Positions 27,542-36,074 of a stretch of 64,000 nt of DNA are shown piece after piece; the stretch's first letter is position 1; each line of letters begins with the position of its first letter. The stretch comes from Candidatus Krumholzibacteriota bacterium (GTDB lineage: Bacteria; Krumholzibacteriota; Krumholzibacteriia; JAJRXK01). Where the stretch lies: positions 86,803 to 150,802 of the forward strand of contig CAWDWO010000013.1 of NCBI GenBank assembly GCA_963806035.1. Direction: 5' to 3'. Position numbers and translations under genes: made by a program. Under the pieces are notes generated by a model. The model was not told the DNA's origin. It worked only from the letters and a program-made list of their open reading frames with translations, and made no database searches.

Positions 27542-28557
27542 GAGTTCTGGGTATCGAAAGTTCCTGTGACGAAACCAGCGTGGCCTGCGTGGACGACGGC
27601 GGGGTGCGATCGAATTTGGTGAGTTCGCAGGTGGATCTTCACGCGCGTTTCGGCGGAGTGGTTCCCGAGCTCGCTTCGCGCGCCCATCTGCGCAACATTC
27701 TGCCCGTCTTGAGCGCAGCCTTGGAGGATGCCTCCTGGACCCTCGACCAGGTGGAGGCGGTGGCGGCGACCAGTGGGCCCGGACTGATCGGCGCGGTGCT
27801 CATGGGACTCAGCTGCGCCAAAGCTCTGGCCTGGGCCAAAGCTCTGCCCTTCGTGGGTGTCCATCACATCGAGGGTCACATTCTCGCCAACGGGATCGAT
27901 TCGCCCATGGCCTTTCCCGCTCTGGTGTTGGTGGTGAGCGGAGGACATACGCAGACGGTTTTGGCGCGCGCGCCGGGCTCGTACACCATTCTGGGAAGCA
28001 CACGAGACGACGCGGCGGGGGAGACCCTGGACAAGACGGCGAAGCTGATGGGTCTGGGGTATCCGGGCGGGCCCATCATCGAAAAGATGGCGGCGCGAGG
28101 CCGAGCCCCCGAGGTGGAATTGCCGGTGGGTCTGCGCCAGCGAGACGAGCTCGATTTCTCCTTCAGTGGACTGAAGACCGCGGTGAGGCTCCGCTTGCAG
28201 GAGCTGGGCGAGAGTCCCTCCGAGCAGGACAAGTGTGATCTGGCGCGGGCGCTGCAGGACGCCGTCATCGAGAGCCTGATGCTCAAGACCCGCGCAGCTC
28301 TCGCCGCCACGGAGGGCGAGAACCTGGCCGGACTCTATCTGGCCGGTGGGGTGGCGGCGAACGGTCCCCTGCGGACGGCCTTCGCCGCGCTGGCCGAGGA
28401 ACGTGGCCTCGACTTCCGTCCACCCCCCCTGCGCTACTGCACCGACAACGCGGCCATGATCGCCTGGGCCGGCCGCCTGCGTCTTTTGGCCGGCCAGCGA
28501 GACCCGCTCTCTTTGGGCGCTTTCGCGCGCGGGGACCTCCCTCAATGGGCCGCATGA
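27538..28557 (+). CDS. tsaD: tRNA N6-adenosine threonylcarbamoyltransferase
   Basis: LGIESSCDET, GGVVPELASRAH, HHIEGH, VSGGHT, DDAAGE and CTDNAAMIA motifs. Confidence 0.97.
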   Translation: MRVLGIESSCDETSVACVDDGGVRSNLVSSQVDLHARFGGVVPELASRAHLRNILPVLSAALEDASWTLDQVEAVAATSGPGLIGAVLMGLSCAKALAWAKALPFVGVHHIEGHILANGIDSPMAFPALVLVVSGGHTQTVLARAPGSYTILGSTRDDAAGETLDKTAKLMGLGYPGGPIIEKMAARGRAPEVELPVGLRQRDELDFSFSGLKTAVRLRLQELGESPSEQDKCDLARALQDAVIESLMLKTRAALAATEGENLAGLYLAGGVAANGPLRTAFAALAEERGLDFRPPPLRYCTDNAAMIAWAGRLRLLAGQRDPLSLGAFARGDLPQWAA

Positions 28558-28631
28558 GTTGCCGCGAGGCAGGCTGAGGCCCTCTCCCACCGATAAAGTA
28601 TTTACACGGACTGTCAGCTCCCGCCCCGATA

Positions 28632-28647
28632 TGGCAAGCAACCTGCA
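28632..28647 (+). promoter_or_regulatory. Candidate sigma54 (-24/-12) promoter of the c-di-GMP signalling operon
   Basis: TGGCAAGCAACCTGCA fits GG-N10-GC (consensus TGGCAC-N5-TTGCW). Confidence 0.45.
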
Positions 28648-28851
28648 AGGAACCCCAGCGGATCACGGCCGTTGGCTCGGATCGAGCTTGGATTCGCGCG
28701 CGGCCGGCCGGAGAGCAGCTCGGGTTTGGCTCCCTAATTCGCTGCAATGTTTTTAGTTACGGCGAATTAGTGAGAGAAGGGCCCTGCCCACAGTCTCCGG
28801 TCCCCGCTCGGGCGGCCGTGACATCCTGCAAGACATCCAGAAGGGCCGGTC

Positions 28852-29829
28852 GTGAAAGAAAGCATTCTCGTCGTCGACGACGAACCCCACATCCGGAAAA
28901 TCCTGGCTTTTCTTTTGGAGCAAAACGGTTTTTCCGTGCTCACCGCGGAAAACGGCGAACGTGCGCTCGAAGCCGCCCGGGAACAGTTGCCCGATTTGAT
29001 CTTGCTGGACCTCATGATGCCCAAGATGGACGGCTACGAGGTCTGTCAGCACCTGCGCGAGGATTTCAAGACGGCGCAGATTCCCATCATCATCGTGACG
29101 GCCAAGGGCGACGTGCGCGAGAAGGTGCGCGGCCTGAAGGGCGGAGCCAACGACTACCTGACCAAACCCTACGATCACGACGAGTTGGTGACTCGGGTGC
29201 GCAACATGCTCGACTGGAGTCGGGCCCAAAGGCAGGCCAACCCGCTCACCGGTCTTCCGGGGAACCAGGCCATCGAGAGCGAACTGCAGCGGCGCATCAT
29301 GACCACGCAGCCATTCGCCTTCATGTACATCGATATCGACAACTTCAAGGGCTACAACGACCACTACGGTTACTCGCGCGGTGATCAGGCGATCCGTTTC
29401 GTGTCGGACATCATCCGTCAGACCTCTCAGCGTCTGGGCAACGAAGACGATTTCATCGGACACATCGGCGGCGACGATTTCGTCGTCATCAGTTCTCCTG
29501 CGGTCGCAGACGCGGTCGCGCAGGGTATCGTCGACGACTTCGACGCGAACAGTCATTCCCTTCTGGATGCGGAAGACATCGAACGGGGTCATCTCGAGGT
29601 TCGCAACCGCTTCGGTGGTTCCAACGTGGTTCCCTTCTGCACCATCACTCTGGCGATGGTGAGCGATACGGGAGGCACTTTCAAACACTGGGCGAAGGTG
29701 AGTGACGTCGCGGCCGAGCTGAAGAAGTACGGGAAATCCCTCAAGGGAAGCGTGGTGGTCAAAGAGCGCCGCAGCCACGATTCAGACGCGGAAGCGGCAG
29801 GCATGGGAACGGAAGAGTTGATCTCCTGA
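28852..29829 (+). CDS. Response regulator with diguanylate cyclase-type domain (REC-GGDDF)
   Basis: REC (VVDDE, LLDLMMP, TAK, KPY); NPLTGLP, DIDNFKGYNDHYG...GD, HIGGDDF; no RxxD I-site. Confidence 0.9.
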   Translation: MKESILVVDDEPHIRKILAFLLEQNGFSVLTAENGERALEAAREQLPDLILLDLMMPKMDGYEVCQHLREDFKTAQIPIIIVTAKGDVREKVRGLKGGANDYLTKPYDHDELVTRVRNMLDWSRAQRQANPLTGLPGNQAIESELQRRIMTTQPFAFMYIDIDNFKGYNDHYGYSRGDQAIRFVSDIIRQTSQRLGNEDDFIGHIGGDDFVVISSPAVADAVAQGIVDDFDANSHSLLDAEDIERGHLEVRNRFGGSNVVPFCTITLAMVSDTGGTFKHWAKVSDVAAELKKYGKSLKGSVVVKERRSHDSDAEAAGMGTEELIS

Positions 29830-29871
29830 GGTGTGGGAGTTCACGCAAGAGAGCCAAGAAGTAGGCGAGAA

Positions 29872-32800
29872 ATGACGACGCTGCGACAGAGCTATTCGAG
29901 TTTTCGCTACCTGGTGAGGAACGTGCGCTGGGTAGAGTTGATGATCACTGCGCTCATCGTCTTTTCGGCGCGCGAGTTGAGCTACATTCACTTCGATGCC
30001 CGACCGGTGTTGGTCATCTTCGCCCTCGCTTTCCTCTGGAACTTTCTGTTCTGGCACGCCGGCCGGCGGCACCTTCTGCGCGAACGCGGGGTGGAGGGTT
30101 CCCGGCTACTCTTCGTCTCGTGGCTCACGGCTGACGTCATCACGACTCTCCTGCTGGTCTACTTCACCGGCCTGACGAGCAGTCCGTTCCTCTTTCTGCT
30201 GGCTCTGCCCGCCATTCTTTCCACTGCGATGACCGACGACACCAAGCAGAGCTACGGCGTGGTCGCGGGCACGGCGCTGGGATTCCTCTCGCTGATCGCC
30301 ATGGAGAATGCGGGCAGCATTCCTCACACCGCGGTTTATCCCCCCGAAGTCGACGAGCTGTTCCGCAGCCCCGACGTCGCGTTCGGGATCGGGCTGATGA
30401 TCGCCGCGGTCCTGAGTTTGATCGTCTTCACGCTCTATCGCTTCCGGCCCAACTTCGCCTTTTTCCGCGACGGATTCCGGCAGGGGCGTTTCAGAATCCA
30501 GAGTTTCCGCACGGGAGACGTACAGGACCTGAGACTGGAAGAGGTGGAGAGCGTGGGTCCGGAGGACCTGCTCGAGGAAGTCGTTCAGAACCTCACCACG
30601 AATCCCTCGGTGTGCTTCGCGGCGGCCATCGTGTTTCCCGCCGGCGAGGAGACCGTCGGGGGCAGGCCCGGAAGCGACTGGCACGAGGGCCTGACCCGGC
30701 AGCGCGCGGTGAGCATCACGCGCCGTCAGGTGATTCCGACCTGGAGTGAGTTCCACACCGAGAAGAGCGATTTCTTCAAGAGCCTGCGCTACGGCGAGAC
30801 CGGCGATCTGTGGGAGGGCCCGTTCTCCCTGCTGCAGAGCGATGGACTGTTCACCAATTTTGACGGCGCCGACATCTACCTCGCCACTCCGGTGAGCCAG
30901 GGAGGGAAAGCGGTCGTCGTGCTCCTGAGCGGTCTGAGCCACCCGGTGAAACGGCGCAACGACGTGGTTCTCCACCTCTTGAGACTCGCGGCCCAGCTCA
31001 AGCCACTCTTGGTGGCGGAGTCGCGTCTCACGCGCCTGCGCGGCGAGATCACCAACTTGCACTCGGAGAACGAAAATCTCAGCCGTCTCAACAAGATGCA
31101 GGCGGAGTTCGTCGGCATGGCCAGCCACGAACTCAAGACGCCCCTGACCAGCATTGGCGCCTATACCGACGCTCTGTTGCTCGCGGCCGACCGGGCCGAA
31201 TTCCCCGAACGCCGTGAGTTCTTGGGAGTGATTCGATCCGAGGCGGACCGCCTACTGCGGATGGTCAACCGCATCCTCGACTACTCCAAAATCGAATTCA
31301 ACCAGCGCGTCTTGCAGCGGCATCACTGCCAACTGGAAGAGTTACTGGATGAGGTTCTCGCGACGCTTCGTCCGGAACTGGAACGGAGCGAGGTGCGAGT
31401 GGAGGTCGAGCTTCCCGCGAACCTCCCCCGCGTCGAGGTCGACCGGGACATGATGAAACAGGTCATGCTGAACCTCTTGAGCAACGCCCTGAAATTCAGT
31501 CCCAAGAGCAGCGTGATCACCGTCAGCGCCGAGGAGGTCGCGACCACGGTGAACGTGACGGTGCGGGACATGGGCCCCGGCATCCCCGAGGAAGAGGTGC
31601 AGAAGATCTTCCACCAATTCTATCGGGTGCGGGACTACGGAGACGGAATCGAAAGGACCGAGGGAACGGGGCTGGGTCTCTCCATCGTGCGCAACATCGT
31701 GACCGCGCACGGCGGCACGGTGCACGTGGACGGAGGCTACGGAAAGGGAGCCGCATTCAGCTTTACGATCCCCAAGGAGCATCACGTGAACAGCCAGCCG
31801 GAGACGATTCTCGGCGAGGTCACGCGCAGCGCGGAATTCGAACGTCTCATGCGCCTCTTGGTCCGCATGGTGGCCGATTACATGGACTGCAAGATCGTCT
31901 CGGTCATGCTCCTCTCGGAGGACCGTTCCGAGCTCTTCGTGCAGATCGCCTACGGACTGGACGAGTCGATCGTGAAGGACGCGCGGGTGAGAGTGGGCGA
32001 GGGAATCGCCGGCCGCGTGGTGGCGAGCGGGCGTCCTCTGCTCATCGACAACGTCGCCGATACCGAAGGACTGGAATCGCGCAGCCATACCGATCAGTAC
32101 GACACCAACTCGCTGGTCAGCGTGCCTCTCTTCATGAACGGTGAAGTCGTGGGCGTGATCAACTGCAACAACAAGGTCACCGGGGACTCGTTCTACGCCG
32201 ACGACTTGAGTTTGTTGATCACCTTGACCGAGAAGGTGACCGTCGCGCTGGCGAGGGCAATGGCCTACGAGAACAGCAAGGGCACCCTCGACAAGACGGT
32301 CGACGCCCTGCAGTCCCTGGTGGAGCTCCACGCCTCCGAGGTGCGAACCTCGCCGCGCTCGGTGCGCTACGCGATGGATCTTGGCCGGCGGCTCGGCCTC
32401 ACGCGGCAGCAGGTGCTTGCCCTGCAATATGCGTTCGTCATTCACGACGTCGGCATGACCAAATTGAACGAGGACATCATCCGCAAGCGCGGACCTCTGA
32501 ACGAAGACGAAGTCAGCGTGATGCACGCTCACCCCACGGTAGGCGTCGAGATGCTCGAGCCGTTCATGAGCGCGGACGAGCTGGAAGAAATCGTTCGTTA
32601 CCATCACGAGCGAGTTGACGGATCAGGCTATCCGCACGGGCTCAAGGGTGAACACATCCCGCTGCCCGCGCGAATCGTGTCCGTGGTGGACGCATACGAA
32701 TCGATGACTTCTCTGCGCGCGTATCGGGTGACCATGACTCCGTCAGAGGCGGCGGAGGAACTCGTGAAAAACGCGGGAAGCCAATTCGACGCCGAGGTGG

Positions 32801-32907
32801 TGCGCCTGTTCCTGGACGTTCTGCTGGAAAATGGTGAACTCGACCGGCTCAGTTGGGAAAAATTGAAGGAGGGGGAGCAGTGGCTACGCCCCGCGTCCTT
32901 GTCGTAG
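29872..32907 (+). CDS. Membrane histidine kinase fused to GAF and HD-GYP domains
   Basis: 5-6 TM helices; SHELKTPLTSI, LLSNALKF, DMGPGI, GTGLGL; GAF (GEGIAGRV...SVPL...GVINCNNK); IHDVG, HHERVDGSGYP. Confidence 0.88.
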   Translation: MTTLRQSYSSFRYLVRNVRWVELMITALIVFSARELSYIHFDARPVLVIFALAFLWNFLFWHAGRRHLLRERGVEGSRLLFVSWLTADVITTLLLVYFTGLTSSPFLFLLALPAILSTAMTDDTKQSYGVVAGTALGFLSLIAMENAGSIPHTAVYPPEVDELFRSPDVAFGIGLMIAAVLSLIVFTLYRFRPNFAFFRDGFRQGRFRIQSFRTGDVQDLRLEEVESVGPEDLLEEVVQNLTTNPSVCFAAAIVFPAGEETVGGRPGSDWHEGLTRQRAVSITRRQVIPTWSEFHTEKSDFFKSLRYGETGDLWEGPFSLLQSDGLFTNFDGADIYLATPVSQGGKAVVVLLSGLSHPVKRRNDVVLHLLRLAAQLKPLLVAESRLTRLRGEITNLHSENENLSRLNKMQAEFVGMASHELKTPLTSIGAYTDALLLAADRAEFPERREFLGVIRSEADRLLRMVNRILDYSKIEFNQRVLQRHHCQLEELLDEVLATLRPELERSEVRVEVELPANLPRVEVDRDMMKQVMLNLLSNALKFSPKSSVITVSAEEVATTVNVTVRDMGPGIPEEEVQKIFHQFYRVRDYGDGIERTEGTGLGLSIVRNIVTAHGGTVHVDGGYGKGAAFSFTIPKEHHVNSQPETILGEVTRSAEFERLMRLLVRMVADYMDCKIVSVMLLSEDRSELFVQIAYGLDESIVKDARVRVGEGIAGRVVASGRPLLIDNVADTEGLESRSHTDQYDTNSLVSVPLFMNGEVVGVINCNNKVTGDSFYADDLSLLITLTEKVTVALARAMAYENSKGTLDKTVDALQSLVELHASEVRTSPRSVRYAMDLGRRLGLTRQQVLALQYAFVIHDVGMTKLNEDIIRKRGPLNEDEVSVMHAHPTVGVEMLEPFMSADELEEIVRYHHERVDGSGYPHGLKGEHIPLPARIVSVVDAYESMTSLRAYRVTMTPSEAAEELVKNAGSQFDAEVVRLFLDVLLENGELDRLSWEKLKEGEQWLRPASLS

Positions 32908-33263
32908 AAGACGAAGAGCCCCTCGCCAGGGTCCTGAGCTTCTCGCTGGAGAACGAAGGTTACGTCGTCGCGCGAGCCGAAGACGGTGTGGAGTGCATGA
33001 ACAAGGTCTCCACCTTCAGGCCCGACGCCATTCTCATGGACATCATGATGCCCAATCTCGACGGGCTCGAGACCATTCGTCTGCTCCGTAGCAGCGAGCA
33101 GCACTCCGATCTGCTCATCGTGGCCGTCACCGCCAAGGCCGGCATCAGGGACCGTGAAGAAGCACTGGCGGCAGGCGCCGATCTTTTCGTCAAGAAGCCC
33201 TTCCAGATCTCGTCTCTTCTCGATCAACTCGAAAGTCTGCTCGGCGCCCGCAGGATGGGTTGA
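32880..33263 (+). CDS. Single-domain response regulator
   Basis: GTG start after GGAG; VLVVEDE, ILMDIMMP, VTAK and KKPF motifs. Confidence 0.88.
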   Translation: MATPRVLVVEDEEPLARVLSFSLENEGYVVARAEDGVECMNKVSTFRPDAILMDIMMPNLDGLETIRLLRSSEQHSDLLIVAVTAKAGIRDREEALAAGADLFVKKPFQISSLLDQLESLLGARRMG

Positions 33264-33266
33264 GTC

Positions 33267-35657
33267 GTGGGCGCGGCTGAAGTAGACCGTCTGCTTGCGG
33301 CAACGGCCAGCTTTCTGCGCTGCCGCGAGCGCAAGGAGCTCGTGGCGCGCGTCACGGACTCCTTCCGCGAGACCATGGGCTTCGCCGCGGCCTGCTTGCG
33401 TTTGCGCGATCCCTTGACCGGGACCCTGGAAGTCTGGATGAGCTGCGGCGCTCAGGGGCGGATCTCCTTCGGTGGCGATCTGGACCCTGGCGAGTTGGAG
33501 TCGATCCTCGCCGAGGATAACCGCAACGGCTCGTGCTATCTGGTCACCGGGGCCAACGATCGCCACGGCGAATTCCACCTCTACTTCCCCTTCCTGGGTA
33601 GCGATCAGTCTATTCTGGGAATGATCCAGCTCGCGGACTTCGAGCAGAAGGGCTCCCCCAGCGGCGAGAGACTGCGTCTCGGCGAACGTCTGGCCGAGCA
33701 AGCCGCGCTCGCCCTGGAGAGCATGAATCGCAACGAGGAACTCAGCAAGAGCGTGCGTGAGCTCTCCAGCTCCCAGCGCAGGGTGGAAGAATTGGAGGCG
33801 CAGCAGGAAGAGTTCCTGGATGGAATCAGCCACGAATTGCGCACGCCGCTCACCTCGATCCAGGCCTACTGTGAAGGACTCCTGGCGCAACACGGAACCA
33901 TGGACGAACAGCTCAAGTCCGAGTTCCTCCAGGTGATTCTCGAGGAGAGCCAGAGGCTTCACGAGCGGGTCGAGGATCTTCTGGCCGTGGCGCGACGGGA
34001 GCATCCGGCGGACAGCAAGCGCCGCGAGAAATTCGATTTCGTCCAGCTCATCCGCGATGCGGTCGCGCGGATGGGAACCCTTTTCCGCGAGAAATCTCTT
34101 CGCTGTCGCGCGCTGCTACCCAACGCGAGCGTCTTCTACGAGGGCAATCGGCCCGCGCTCGATCAGGTCGTTCTCGAGCTCTTGGAGAACGCGATCAAGT
34201 TCACCCCCGAAGGGGGATTGGTCACCATCGGCCTGCGCGAGACCGAGGGCGCCATCGTCCTGCAGGTCGAGGATACCGGCGACGGAGTCCCCGAAGGAGC
34301 AACCGGCCGCGTCTTCGAACGCTTCTACCAGGTGGACGGCTCCCGTACGCGCGTGCACGGAGGACAGGGACTCGGTCTCTCCGTGTGCCAGCAGATCGTC
34401 GACGATCACGATGGACGAATCTGGGTGGAGAAGGGCGAAAGTGGAGGGGCTCGTTTCTGCGTGCGGATCCCGCGCCGCCGCGCGGTCCTGCGCAACGCGT
34501 TCACCCGGCGCACTCACCGCGACATCCGCGACGAGCTCTCCGGACTGCTGGACGCCTCGGTGGCGCTGGTCGCCGAGCTCATGGGCTGCGGGATCGCCTC
34601 GATCATGGTCTACGACGAACGAGAAGACTGTCTGCGGATCCAGGCCGCGGTGGGACTCGAGGAAGAAGTGGTCCGCGACACCCGGGTCGAGAGGGGCCAG
34701 GGAGTGGCGGGACGGGTCTTCGAGAGTGGCCAAGCGCTGCTCTTGGAGGATCTGAGGAACGATGCGAGCCTGCCCAAGTCGGTGAACCAGGAACAGTACC
34801 AGGGCTACGGCGTGCTCAGCGTTCCCATCTTCGATGAGGAGAGGGTGGTGGGAGTGCTCAACGTCAACAACCAGAGCGAGAGCCGCGCCTTCGACGAGGA
34901 CGATCGACTCCTGCTGGAGGCGCTCGCGCTGCGCATCGAACGGGCCTGGGCGAGCTACGAGAGCTTCGAGAAGAGTCACGACCGCATGGCGCAGGCCCGC
35001 GAGGCCTTTCGCGCCACGGTGAACTTGAGCCGCCATCGCCGCACCGCGCTGCGCGAACTCATCGCCCGCTGTGGACTGAAGGCGGCGCGCGCGGCGGGGG
35101 CGGACGAATCGGAGATCCGCTCGCTCAGCTATGCCTTGAGAATTTACGATCTCGGCCTCAGCACGGTGGGCGAGGACATTCTCTCCAAGGCCACCCCCCT
35201 CAGTGTCGCGGATCAGACTCTCATTCGCGATCACTCGCGTCGCGGTGCGCGCCTCGCGCGTGGTTTGGAAGAGGATGGTGTGGTGGAGGCGATGCTCTAC
35301 CACCACCACGAAAACTGGGACGGCAGCGGTTATCCCGAAGCCATCGAGGGCGAGGCCATTCCCCAGGGAGCCAGAGTCATCCGGCTCGTGGACGCGTTCA
35401 GCGCCATGGTGCACGGCCGTCCCGGCCGGCCACCGATGGATCTCGACGAAGCCACTGCGCTCTTGCGGGAAGGCATGGGCCGGCGTTTCTGCCCCCAGCT
35501 CGGTCCCCACTTCCTGCAGGCGGTGGCCGAGCGCGAACGAGTGTTTCGAGAAATCTTGCAAATCAGGAAGCAACCCGTGGATCAAACGGAACAGGAAATC
35601 GAACTTCCCTTGCTGGTCGGAGCCATCGACGGCGGGACGGAGGAGGACGCGAAGTGA
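33267..35657 (+). CDS. Cytoplasmic histidine kinase fused to GAF and degenerate HD-GYP (YD) domain
   Basis: N-terminal GAF-like region; SHELRTPLTSI, LLENAIKF, DTGDG, GQGLGL; GAF (GQGVAGRV...SVPI...GVLNVNN); RIYDLG in place of HD; HHENWDGSGYP. Confidence 0.87.
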   Translation: MGAAEVDRLLAATASFLRCRERKELVARVTDSFRETMGFAAACLRLRDPLTGTLEVWMSCGAQGRISFGGDLDPGELESILAEDNRNGSCYLVTGANDRHGEFHLYFPFLGSDQSILGMIQLADFEQKGSPSGERLRLGERLAEQAALALESMNRNEELSKSVRELSSSQRRVEELEAQQEEFLDGISHELRTPLTSIQAYCEGLLAQHGTMDEQLKSEFLQVILEESQRLHERVEDLLAVARREHPADSKRREKFDFVQLIRDAVARMGTLFREKSLRCRALLPNASVFYEGNRPALDQVVLELLENAIKFTPEGGLVTIGLRETEGAIVLQVEDTGDGVPEGATGRVFERFYQVDGSRTRVHGGQGLGLSVCQQIVDDHDGRIWVEKGESGGARFCVRIPRRRAVLRNAFTRRTHRDIRDELSGLLDASVALVAELMGCGIASIMVYDEREDCLRIQAAVGLEEEVVRDTRVERGQGVAGRVFESGQALLLEDLRNDASLPKSVNQEQYQGYGVLSVPIFDEERVVGVLNVNNQSESRAFDEDDRLLLEALALRIERAWASYESFEKSHDRMAQAREAFRATVNLSRHRRTALRELIARCGLKAARAAGADESEIRSLSYALRIYDLGLSTVGEDILSKATPLSVADQTLIRDHSRRGARLARGLEEDGVVEAMLYHHHENWDGSGYPEAIEGEAIPQGARVIRLVDAFSAMVHGRPGRPPMDLDEATALLREGMGRRFCPQLGPHFLQAVAERERVFREILQIRKQPVDQTEQEIELPLLVGAIDGGTEEDAK

Positions 35658-36034
35658 TGAGAAAGATTCTCGTCGTGGACGACGAGCTCTACATTCGCAA
35701 CATCTTGGAGTTCGCTCTGAGCAGCGAGGGCTTCGAGGTGTTCACCGTGGCGGACGGCGAGCAGGCGCTGCAGAAGGCACTGGATCTGATGCCCGACTTG
35801 ATCGTGCTGGACGTGATGATGCCCAAGCTCGACGGATTCGAAGTCTGTCGCGCCATCAAGGCCAAGGATGAGACCAAACACATCCCGGTCTTCCTCTTGA
35901 CCGCGCGGGACAAGGAAGCCGACCGTCAGCGCGGCGAAGAAGTGAACTGCGACGTCTACCTGACCAAACCCTTCAGTCCCAACAAGCTGGCGGAACTCGT
36001 GCAAAAGTACCTGGCTCCGGCCGCCCAGGCCTAG
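35657..36034 (+). CDS. Single-domain response regulator
   Basis: GGAGG RBS; ILVVDDE, IVLDVMMP, LTAR and TKPF motifs. Confidence 0.9.
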   Translation: MRKILVVDDELYIRNILEFALSSEGFEVFTVADGEQALQKALDLMPDLIVLDVMMPKLDGFEVCRAIKAKDETKHIPVFLLTARDKEADRQRGEEVNCDVYLTKPFSPNKLAELVQKYLAPAAQA

Positions 36035-36061
36035 AGCTTCGACCCCGGGCGGCTCGGGGTC

Positions 36062-36074
36062 TATACTGTAGCCA
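36062..36074 (+). promoter_or_regulatory. -10 box placing the TSS at the priA ATG (leaderless)
   Basis: TATACT (36062-67), 6 nt, ATG 36074; no SD. Confidence 0.5.

Noticed and set aside
29330..29480. Hypr-type (cGAMP-making) GGDEF enzyme
   Set aside because: The guanine-specifying Asp in YGYSRGD is retained; Hypr enzymes have Ser/Thr at that position.
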